A stretch of DNA of 64,000 nucleotides from positions 3,348,001 to 3,412,000 of the forward strand of contig CM022666.1 in the NCBI GenBank assembly GCA_012295275.1. The letters are read 5' to 3'. The DNA is from Chrysomallon squamiferum. Its lineage: Eukaryota > Animalia > Mollusca. Below, in pieces: positions 48,955-59,982 of the stretch (position 1 is the stretch's first letter; every line of letters begins with the position of its first letter). The notes below the pieces were generated by a model. It ran no database searches. It was not told the DNA's origin and saw only the letters and a list, made by a program, of their open reading frames with translations. Position numbers and translations under genes: made by a program.

Positions 48955-51900
48955 GGTTGACTATAAACTATATTAATTTCCCTACATTTTCAGATTTTTG
49001 GGTTAATATTCTTAATAACTGACGTCAGTCTGTTTACGTTACTACATGTAGGTTAACAGCTGATGTTACTGTGTACCACAATAATAAAAAAAAGTAAAGT
49101 GTCATGTGCACAGATTGATGTGATATTTGAAAATAAGTCGGACAAATTAACAATAAGCCAGACAGTAGATTACCAAAGGAACTGGATTATCTTTATTTAG
49201 TGATATACCAGGATTACTGCATCACATTTGTGACTGGATTACTGATGTCTAGAATAATCAAATCATTTAACTGGATTACAAAAATAGATTAGTGATGAAA
49301 CTGTAGTATTGTGGACAGATCAGTGATTAAACTGGATTATTGACTTTATAGATTAATAATTGAACTGGATTACTGATTAGATTAATGATGGAACTAGATC
49401 ATCTGCAAAGAGATTAGTCACTGAACAGGAGGAGTATTAACTGCAAGAACAGCATAGTGATATACCTGGATTACTGGTTTTCAGATTAGTTATGGAACCT
49501 GGCTACAATAATCAGATTAATAAAGATTAATTTATTTTGTCTGTATATGTGTGTGTATGTATGTATATATTTATTTATATATTTTGTGATACTGTTATGC
49601 ATCTATGTTTTATAAATAATTATATAAGTTAGATATGTTGAAATATAATGGCCATATTTTATAAATTTGTGAATAATACAGATTTTCTTTTTTAACATTT
49701 GTATTTTTAGACATGGAAGAATTGAAACATGACATTTGTCAAGGCTGTGGTTCACATATAGAAAAAATTTCCCACCCATAGGTAGGTTTAAATAACAGCA
49801 AAAAGTAATTTTATGATTCAAAAAATAATTAATAAATAGTATCATACTGTTAATAGTAGATATATAGTTGTATTAATAATAATAAAAATTGTAGCTATAT
49901 TTTAATATAGTAAATGTATTTTCTGTTTAATACTATTAAACTGTTATGACTTTTCATTTCATTATAATTATAAATGTGATTTGTTAAATTATATTTTATT
50001 GGGTTTCATTTTATTGTAATATTTTTAACTTAATTTTATTTGTTCATGTATTTATTTATAATTTTTTAATTATTATTATCATCATCATCATCATTACTAC
50101 TACTACTAATGTTTTTTATTTTATTTTTTTATAGGAGGCAATGGTCCTTCTTCAGATCAGGGGTGGGGCTGTATGTTGAGGTGTGGTCAGATGATGTTGG
50201 CAGAGTCACTTCTGTTGAGACATCTGAGTCGAGGTTCATAGTTTTATTATTATTTTACTGCATTTAACTGTTATTACTTTGATTATAATTTATTTTTTAT
50301 TTATTTTTATTTATTTTTATTGTTATAGCTGTTATTTAATTATAGCTATTGTGATTATTATTAATATTTTATTATTTTTGTCATCATCATCATCATCATT
50401 ATTGTTATATTTATTTTTATTTTTATTAATTTAGTAAATACAAATAATGTAATGAATTTATCATTTGTAATTGAATCAAACAAACACAACATTTTTTTCA
50501 CCTGTATATTTAAGATAGAATCAGATGAAAATCAGTTTTATAAATAATGTGTTAAAGGAGACTATGAATGTTTGTTCAGCTTTGAGGTAAAGATACTTAG
50601 TCTCCTTGCTGAAGATATTAATTCAGAAAAAATGTCCATGGTAAGGAGGGAAAAATATATTAATAAAAAGAATCAAACAATGGATACTGTTAAAAGATAT
50701 GTCTGTTAAATTAATTTTTGTAGAGTGCAGGTTTTGTATAATGTTTATATGAGAGTAAAGCAACTTCATGATCATCTGTTGTTTTCATCTCATGAAATTT
50801 CATCTGCAAGCAGCTCACAGAGGGGAAAGCAACTTCATGATCATCTGTTGTTTTTATCTCATGAAATTTCATCTGCAAGCAGCTCACAGAGGGGAAAGCA
50901 ACTTCATGATCATCTGTTGTTTTTATCTCATGAAATTTCATCTGCAAGCAGCTCACAGAGGGGAAAACATTTATCTTAATATTTGTTAAACTATAAAATG
51001 AATAAAAATAATATACTGTTATATTTTTTAAACTCAAAACTGTATAAAACAAAAAAATGAGAAAAAAACACGTTATTCGACCAAACCAACTTTCTTTTAA
51101 TTCAATGTGTGGTATTTATGTCTGTTTGTGTGTATGTGTGTGTGTGTGTGTTTTTGTGTGTTTGTGTAGATGTTGTTTACTATGCAGAGTGGCGCTGGGA
51201 CAGACTCAAGAACGACAGCAGCTACTGGAAAGTTTTAAAAATGTTCCAAGACAAAAAGAGCAGTGTGTATTCCATACATCAGATTGGTGAGTTTTGTTTC
51301 ATTGTGATATTCTGTTCTTAATAGTTAAATATCTGCTGTAATAAATAGTGAATTTTTTTTTTTTATATATAAGAACATAATTGTGAAAATTTATACCAGC
51401 TACACACTGTTGACATAAAACATATATACGTTTTTGTATAAAACACACACACACACACACACACACACAAAACACATTACACACACATATATATCTATAT
51501 ATATATAAAAATACATAAAATATTGATGTATATTTACCTATATTCAGATATGAACATACATGTTGCATAAACAGGTATACATATACACACACATACACAC
51601 AACAGACACACACACACTCACACACATGTACACACAAACACACACACACACACACACATACAAACAGGTATATAAACTGACACTGTCTTTATCTGTAAGC
51701 TGCTTTTAAAAAGAATCCCCCCAAAAAATGCAACTACCAAAATGTGCTTTTGTATGATAACATAATAAAGACAACATTTATGTGAATGTTTCCATCATCT
51801 TTCCCTGCAACAACTACAACTACTACAGCATCTTTTACAGCTTCAATGGGGGAGTCAGAGGGAAAGGCTGTAGGGCAGTGGTTTGGACCAAACACAGTTG

Positions 51901-53395
51901 CTCAAGTTTTAAAGTGAGTGAGGAAATAATTTTAATTCAGGTTTTGGAACTTTTTTATATATTTTTTTATATATATACTGGCACAAGTAGTCATTTATTT
52001 ACATTGAAAACTAACATATTAATATTCATAAATGCAAAAGTACTATTGTTTTGGTCTTGAAATTTTCTTTTTTTTTTTCAGGTACAATTTCTGAAAGTTA
52101 ATGTTATTTAAGTGCCATGAATAAATTAATTATTGTTATGTCCAGGTTTTTTAAATAATTTTATTCACACTTGAGAAGTTATATTATTCAAGGTTGGAAA
52201 CAAAATATTCACACATAAAAATCTTGTGTCTCTCAACATTTTTTTATTATTATTCAAGTAATGAAAGTAGTTATGTTGAAGTTCTGTTATTCAGATTAAA
52301 AAAATTAGTGCATTCAGTAACACTGCTTAAAAATCATGAGCAATATTATTTATACTCTGACATTTAAAATGAAGAAACGTTATTAATATTCATGAAGTAA
52401 TACTAATGTTTCAGTAGCTGTGAAAATGAAGCTGAAACATTTTATTTGCATTTTGGTTTTTTAAAGTTTATTTAATGGTAGAAATTAATTTTTCTTTGCA
52501 CAGGAAAATGGCTGTCTATGATGACTGGAGTTCAATTGTTATTCATGTCGCTATGGACAACACAGTTATAGAAGAAGACATCAGTAAGTTAGACTCTTTA
52601 TTTATTTATTTATTTACTTAGTTACTTACTTACTTACTTACTTAGTTACTTTGTTATTTACATATTTATTTTATTTTATTTTATTTTATTTTATTTTATT
52701 TATTTATTTTTATTTTTCATTTTTGTTTCTTATTTTCTTTCACTTTTATTCATTTATTCATTTATTTGTAACTTCATTATTTTTATATTTTTTTTATACA
52801 TTTATTGATATATATATTCTTTTTTCTTATTTTTTTATTTTCATATTTTATTTAATTTATTTTTTATTTTTTTATTTATATATTTATATATTTATTTTTA
52901 TTTATTTATTTATTTATTTTTATTTACTTACTCATTTATTATTTTTTTTACTTATTTTATTTTTAATTTATTTATTTATTATTTATTTATTTATTTATTT
53001 ACTTTATTTTACATTTTACTTTTAGTTATTTTTAATTTTATTTATTTATTTATATATTTATTCATTTACTTATTTTTAAATTAATTAATTAATTAATTAA
53101 TTTATTTATTTATTTATTTATTTATTAATCAGGAATGCTCTGTAGATGTCAACAAGAGAATGGAGTGGAGCCATACATAGACATGAACAGCCAGCAGTGC
53201 AATGTCTTCCCTCAAAGTGACTCACAACAGACATTAAACAACACATCAACCGACTCACTTAACTGTGACAGACATAAATGTATAGACCCAAACGTGTGGA
53301 AACCTTTGTTGCTAATTATCCCCCTTAGATTGGGCCTCACAGAAATTAACCCTGTGTATTTTGAAAGTTTGAAGGTGATGTGGAAAGAGGATTGT

Positions 53396-53430
<35 letters not shown>

Positions 53431-53521
53431 TTATTACTATGTCCTTTTTTAAGATAAATAGTTTTTCTTCTTCTTCTTATGATTATTACTGTTGTTGTTG
53501 TTGTTATTATTATTATTATTG

Positions 53522-53575
<54 letters not shown>

Positions 53576-54331
53576 TTTTATTTACTTATTATTGAAAAAA
53601 CAAAACTGTTTCTTAAAAAATACAACCAAACAAAACAGTTCCATTCATTATAAGGTGGATTAAATATTAATTACTATTAAATGTTATATTTTTTAATATT
53701 TAACAATTTTTTAAAGATAGTTTAAATTTTGGATAATTTGTTATAAAACATAATACTTTTCTTCCAGTTAAAATAATGTTTTTTATTTTAATTTTTATTT
53801 TTTTATTTTTTCCAGTCCTGTCTTAGTGTAAAGCAGTCAGTGGGTATAATTGGTGGCAAGCCAAACCACGCCCATTGGTTCATTGGTCACTTAGGTATTT
53901 TGTTAAAATTACAGAAGTTAACCAGAACTTACTTGAACAAAATTGTGAATTTATTTTAATTGAGAAAGCTTTTAAATGGAACATAAGTCAGAAATTATTT
54001 AGAAATAACAGAATTTATTTTCTCACTATCTCTGGCATTAATAAAAGGGTAAAAAAAAATACCTTGAATTAAATCGGAATTTATTTTCTCAATATCTTTG
54101 CTTCTTGCATATCTCTTCCCTTTTCTTTTTTTTTTTTTTTTTTTTTTTTTTGTCTTTGTCTCTCATTCTTTCTCTGTCTTTCTTATCTCTTTTTTTTTGA
54201 CTCTGTTTTCATTCTTTCTCTCCATCTTCTATCTATCTCTTTAACTGTTTTTTTCTCTACTCTTTTTTTTCTGTCATTTCCTTCCTAATGATCAGTCTCT
54301 GTCTGTTTCACTCTTCCCCTTTCTGGGTTTA

Positions 54332-54413
<82 letters not shown>

Positions 54414-54611
54414 GTCTGTCTGTCTGTCTGTCTCTATCTAAACCATACAGTATTTGTTGACAGGGGAGGAGCTGGTGTACTTGGACCCACACACAACACA
54501 GCTGACTGTAGATTTGAATGAAAACCCAGACGATGACAGTTATCACTGTCCTTTCCCTGGCAGAATGAGAATTCACCAGCTAGACCCATCTGTAGCTGTG
54601 GTAAATATATC

Positions 54612-54651
<40 letters not shown>

Positions 54652-54702
54652 TTTTTTTATATCTTCAGTATAGTACTGACTCAAAAATGGAAATTGATTA
54701 AT

Positions 54703-54733
<31 letters not shown>

Positions 54734-55181
54734 TGAAATCATTTATTCATTCATGTTTCTATTTAAATTTTTGTTTTATTATTATTATGTTTTTTTGTTT
54801 TATTATTTGTTTGTTTATTTATTTATTTATTTTAAGGGATTTTTCTGTGGAAGAGAAGAAGATTTTAATGACCTCTGTTTGACGTTTCGTAAGTTAATCA
54901 TTCGACCAAGCAAAACACCGATGTTTGAATTGCACCAGTACCGACCACATGACTGGCCTTCACCCGACCTTCACAGGAAAAGAAACATCTCCGTGAACTC
55001 AGGTAAATGTCAAACATGAGTCATTTTACACCTCGGAATGTATGCAGAGGATTGATGTCTTGTCTAAACTGGGATTGTCTGAATAGAAAAGTGACGTCTT
55101 GGAATGTAACAAATGAAACTGTTAAGAGAGAGAGAGAGAGAGAGACACGAAACATTAAAATTCATAGTTCCAAGATACATT

Positions 55182-55216
<35 letters not shown>

Positions 55217-55581
55217 TTGTTTAAATATTTTCAATAGTAAAATTAGTAAAATAGTTATTAAATAATAATTATGATAATATTCAGTTAGTAACTGCATTCC
55301 TATATCATTTACTAATACCATCTAGATAAATACATTCATATAAATATATGACTATGAATTATAATGATTTGTTCCAAACAAATATTAAAATAATCTTAAC
55401 ATTTTTGGCATATAATTTCTAACCAGTTTTGCTACGTGTCAAAAATTTAAACAATTGAAAATTGTACAGTTTCTTTTTTTACTCTTTCAAATTTTTAAAC
55501 TTTTTGTTTTCAGAATTTGCTGACCTGGGTGCTGTTGGAGGTTTGAATTATGACAGTGAAGAAGAATTTGAACTTTTGTAG
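47674..55581 (+). CDS. ATG4B: Cysteine protease ATG4 (ATG4A/B class, peptidase C54), 12 coding exons, about 408 aa
   Basis: Manual splice: join(47674-47686, 48548-48646, 49711-49781, 50135-50233, 51188-51286, 51841-51913, 52504-52583, 53133-53374, 53816-53894, 54464-54600, 54837-55002, 55514-55581), all GT-AG with compatible phases once 1 nt is added in exon 3. Motifs [24 protein letters not shown] (catalytic Cys 50170-50172), IPLRLG, GGKPNHA, YLDPH (Asp/His 54484-54492), LDPS, C-terminal LIR EEFELL. Confidence 0.97.
48548..48646 (+). CDS. ATG4B: ATG4 exon 2 ([33 protein letters not shown])
   Basis: ttttcAG acceptor, GTACGT donor; resembles the ATG4B N-terminus. Confidence 0.93.
49165..49530. 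repeat. Degenerate minisatellite of about 30 bp, ATG4 intron 2
   Basis: Recurrent AGATTAGTGAT and AACTGGATTAC(TG) cores. Confidence 0.7.
49711..49781 (+). CDS. ATG4B: ATG4 exon 3 ([24 protein letters not shown]), with -1 nt frameshift
   Basis: ttttAG acceptor, GTAGGT donor; 71 nt where 72 are needed. Confidence 0.92.
50135..50233 (+). CDS. ATG4B: ATG4 exon 4 ([33 protein letters not shown]), catalytic Cys
   Basis: atAG acceptor, GT donor, C54 signature DxGWGCMLR. Confidence 0.97.
50757..50963. repeat. 69-bp tandem repeat, 3 copies, ATG4 intron 4
   Basis: AAAGCAACTTCATGATCATCTGTTGTTTTYATCTCATGAAATTTCATCTGCAAGCAGCTCACAGAGGGG starts at 50757, 50826 and 50895. Confidence 0.97.
51188..51286 (+). 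CDS. ATG4B: ATG4 exon 5 ([33 protein letters not shown])
   Basis: gcAG acceptor, GTGAGT donor, YSIHQI motif. Confidence 0.95.
51841..51913 (+). CDS. ATG4B: ATG4 exon 6 ([25 protein letters not shown])
   Basis: tacAG acceptor, GTGAGT donor, GQWFGP motif. Confidence 0.96.
52504..52583 (+). CDS. ATG4B: ATG4 exon 7 ([26 protein letters not shown])
   Basis: cacAG acceptor, GTAAGT donor, HVAMDNTV motif. Confidence 0.96.
53133..53374 (+). CDS. ATG4B: ATG4 exon 8 (RMLCRC...[26 protein letters not shown])
   Basis: atcAG acceptor, GTGATG donor; inside track ORF 53135..53452. Confidence 0.95.
53816..53894 (+). CDS. ATG4B: ATG4 exon 9 ([27 protein letters not shown])
   Basis: tccAG acceptor, GTATTT donor, GGKPN regulatory loop. 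Confidence 0.96.
54464..54600 (+). CDS. ATG4B: ATG4 exon 10 ([12 protein letters not shown]...QLDPSVAV), catalytic Asp and His
   Basis: gacAG acceptor, GTAAAT donor, YLDPH and LDPS motifs. Confidence 0.97.
54837..55002 (+). CDS. ATG4B: ATG4 exon 11 ([14 protein letters not shown]...PMFEL...SVNS)
   Basis: taAG acceptor, GTAAAT donor, GFFC and PMFEL motifs. Confidence 0.94.
55514..55581 (+). CDS. ATG4B: ATG4 last exon ([22 protein letters not shown])
   Basis: ttttcAG acceptor, TAG stop; acidic FxxL C-terminal LIR like human DEDFEIL. Confidence 0.92.
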
Positions 55582-55591
55582 CTAATTGCTA

Positions 55592-55635
<44 letters not shown>

Positions 55636-56277
55636 GGTCTCTAGTTTATTCTAAATGTGACTGTTGGAACAGTCCATGGTTATTTAGAATATGACACATT
55701 TGTAATTAAAAAAAAAAAAAAAAAATGTGGCATTAATAAAAAGGTAAAAAAAAAAAATACCTTGAATTAAAACAAGTATTAAAAAATAAGGTGGTACTTC
55801 AAATGCTTTCTAAAAGCCTGCGATTAAAATGAGGCATGTTAATGTCTAATTAAAAAGGTTTTTTGAATAATTGTAATCTGTTGAAAGTTGAAAAAATTAC
55901 CTGAAATTAAAAAACCAGATATCTAAATATCTATAATAAAAACAAAGATTATAAATACCTCTTATATTGTTTGTCTGTCTGTGCATTTTTTTATTTATTT
56001 TTTTATTGATTCGAGTCAAGGTTCCAAATATTATTTGTATCTTAACCATATTCAGAATGTCATCATTGCTAGTGTTTCATTCTTTTTTTCTGATCATTTA
56101 TTTACCGATTTTTATTTTTAATTTATTTATTTATTTATTTTTTTAAATAAATTTTCCCCAATATTTTTTGAAACTTTTATTTTTTATTTTCTTATTATTT
56201 ATTAACTTTTTTAATTATTATTATTATTATATTTATTTATTTATTTATTTATCTATTTATTTATCTATTTATTTATT

Positions 56278-56317
<40 letters not shown>

Positions 56318-57184
56318 TATTATTATTATTATTTTGTTTCACCTGCTTTCTGCTTACATTACTTACGTCAGTAGTTTGAATTTCAAATTTGTATAAATTT
56401 ATTTTTATTTTCATGTAGCCTTAATATTGTGCAGAGAAAACAAAAGTTTTGCACAATGCTTGAACTTGTGTTGATTCAGTGAGATTTTAAAGTTTGTCAT
56501 CAGAAAAACCCCAAAACATTCTGATTATTATGATATGTGCAATTATATAATTGTCTTATATAGTTTACATATTGATATCATATGACAGTCGCAAAATCAA
56601 TGCAGTTTGTCACCTTGTCACCTTAAATCATCATCATCATCATCATTATTATTGTTGTCATAATCATTATCTCATGAAGTGGATAAATAAATAAATAAAT
56701 AAATAAATAAGTAAATACATAAAAAAGTAAATAAATAAGTAAGTAAATAAATAAATAAATAAATATATAAATAAATAAATACCGGAACAAATAAATAAAT
56801 AAGTAAATAAATAAATAAATAAAATGAAAAAATTAGTTAATTAATTAATTAAATATTTCAGAATAGTATATTACTGAAATTGAAGAGTGACTTAATAATA
56901 ATTATATTTAATATAATTAATGTAAAAAACTGTAATGTAAATTACTTAAAGTCTTTATTATTATTTGTTATTATTGTTATTGAATAATCCTAATTGTCTT
57001 ATTTTAATTTTTATTTGTTTTATATATATTGTTCCTATATGTGTCTATGTATGTACATGTGTATGTATATATATATATCAGTTGTAGCAATAAATATAAT
57101 TCTGATGCTAAAATTTTATTAGTTAAACCTTTGTCTTTCATTAAAATGAAGTGTGGGGTCTTTTCTTTATTTTTTAAATTTGTA

Positions 57185-57245
<61 letters not shown>

Positions 57246-57570
57246 CATTTTTCTTAAATTATTTATTATTTATTTATTTATTTTTTTTTTTTTTTTTTTA
57301 TTATTTTAATTAACTTGGATATCAAATATCATATACTGGTTCTACAAGTGTGAATGTATTTGATCGATTTGTGTTTATATCAATGTTAATTATTTTATAG
57401 TAGTATAATTGTAATTATTCGTACACAATTATATTAGTATAATTGTATGTAATCATTCATACATAATTATAAAAGTGTTAATTGTTATGTATCAGTATAA
57501 TTATATGGTATATAAACATATATTATGGATATAAAGGATCCTTAACCTGTATGTAGGTATCTATGAGTTA

Positions 57571-57602
<32 letters not shown>

Positions 57603-58193
57603 GTGTTTTTGTCCATATAAACACAACAACCTGACTTTATATATATTAAAAATAAGAAGTGAAACTTATATATTAGAATGTAATTGTAAAATGTATTTCT
57701 AATAGTCATAGTAGCAATACATGCAAAGAGACCAACAAACGTGTTTAACATTAAGCATTATATGTATAGAAATGTTTACATATACATTCATATATATTTT
57801 ATGTATGTTTAATTTTATGTACACACATACATACATACATACATATATAAACACACACACACACACGCGCGCAGGCAGACACATATACAGATAAACAAAA
57901 ATTAATATTCATAGTCAAAATGTGACATTTCCTCCTGAATATATTAAATAAGAAAATGACATGTTACAGTTAATAACAAAGCACCTATGGTAAAGCCTTA
58001 GTAAATCATTTATTAATATGACAGTCTATATAAAATTAATACAGTGCTGATATCAGTATGCGATTATTATTATTAAACCCAGGAGACAGAGAGAAATTAT
58101 AAAAAATGTAATTTTAAAGGAAAATACCAGACATACTGATAAATTTATAATTTAAAATTTGTATGAGATTCTATGATGATGATGATGATGATG

Positions 58194-58230
<37 letters not shown>

Positions 58231-58235
58231 AAAGA

Positions 58236-58280
<45 letters not shown>

Positions 58281-59144
58281 TTATTATTGTTACTATTATT
58301 GAAATAGTTATTAAATAAAATGGTGCTGAATTTAAATTTTTGTTACTGTTTATAAGTCTTAGTTAATTTTTGTCTTAATAAAATATATTTAAAAAAAATA
58401 TAAAAGGACATTTGTCTTAAAATTAGTTTTAAGTACCTCAATTGTTCAGTTGAATTAATAGACACTGCCTTTAATATTTATTTGTTTATTTATTTTTGTA
58501 TGTTAAAATTGTATTCCTAACAAAATATCTTAATGATGTGCAATGTTTTTTTGTTTTTTTTTGGTTTCATATTATTATTAATCATAATTTTTTTTACCTT
58601 TTTGGTTTCTTTAATAGCCAGGAAAAAATTTGTGTTCAAAATACAACAATATAATTTATTAAACAATTAACAGAAAACTTGAAAGAATAAAAAACGTGTA
58701 CAGGTTTTTTTTGTTTTTAATACATTCAGTAAACTTTAAAAAAATAGAAATATATGTAACAAGACATAACAGGTACATATTATGATTGTTATTATTTTTA
58801 TTATTACTACTGTTACTATCACTAAATCTAGGCCTATACATTAACTGAATAAAACAATCACAAAATAATTATCATTGATGATGATCGTCATCATTTTGTT
58901 ATTATTATTATTATATTTATTTGTATTATTATATTAATATTGGCATATTATTCATCATCATTATATTGTATTATTGTATCATCATCATAATCATCATTCA
59001 TCAGAACCAATATTATTGTTATTATTGCTATTTTCTATGTACATAGATTTTATTCTTCAGTAAATGTTGTTATACACAATGTACCTGCAGTGTATTCATC
59101 ATGTATAATTTTAATAGTGATCTGTAAATAGCAGAATGAACATA

Positions 59145-59185
59145 AATAAAAGCTTTAAATAGTTGTTTGGTTTTTTGTTTATTTT
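59145..59185 (+). terminator. Candidate distal polyadenylation signal of ATG4
   Basis: AATAAA at 59145-59150 followed about 12 nt later by the GT-rich tract GTTGTTTGGTTTTTTGTTT. AATAAA is common in this DNA, so this is weak. Confidence 0.3.
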
Positions 59186-59919
59186 ATTGTTATTATTTTT
59201 GAGAGATTTTGATTTTTGAAATTTTGATTTCCAGGTAGTATATTCACTTATACATGCATTCATTCATACATACATGAATGTGTATATGAAAGCTTGACTA
59301 TGAACATGTACATACATACAAACACACATACATACATATATATATATATATACACACACACACATATATGCATAAAAATATGAGTATGCATGTATGTATG
59401 CATGTATGCATGCATATATATATATATATATACACACATACATATACATACAAATGTACATGTATACATACATGCATGCATTCATGTGTGTATATGTGTA
59501 TGTATGTATATGATGTATGTATGAATGTTTATACCAGTGTATATATGTTTATAGACAAGTTTTCATATACACACACATAAACACAGATAAACAGATCCAT
59601 AAAAACAATGTTTTTAGACATGATTTGACAAACGACATCTGTTACATTCTGTTTCTGAATTCAGATTACTTATATTGATTTCTTTGTAACATGTATCAGT
59701 CACAGTATGACAAACAGTGTGTTAATAATTCTATTTATTTGCAAGCTTTGCAAAACTTAGCAGAAAGTGGGGACAATAGATAGCTATAACAGATTTTTTT
59801 AAATTATTTTTTTATTTTATTTTGATTTGTTTGTTTTATGTGAAGTATCACATGGCTTATTGTCAAACATAATGGTGTATAGTTTCACTGTCTATTAAAA
59901 AAATCCCCTGATGTAATTT

Positions 59920-59982
59920 TATCCAAGACTACTGTTTTCCTGTCTATGGGAAGGTTCATATAAAAGATCCCTTGCTGATGAT
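59920..59982 (+). mobile_element. SINE central-domain remnant (Meta/MESC-domain-like)
   Basis: TCCTGTCTATGGGAAGGTTCATATAAAAGATCCCTTGCTG resembles the conserved core of molluscan tRNA-SINEs as I recall it; not checked against a database. Confidence 0.6.

Noticed and set aside
49165-49530. Repeat-and-spacer appearance suggesting a CRISPR array
   Set aside because: Eukaryotic intron, degenerate repeats, short irregular linkers, no cas genes.
50711-51052. ORFs with a 23-aa repeat on both strands
   Set aside because: They result from the 69-bp tandem repeat inside ATG4 intron 4.
55597-55633. Long poly(A) just after the ATG4 stop suggesting a retrocopy
   Set aside because: The gene has 11 introns and similar A/T runs occur throughout the window.
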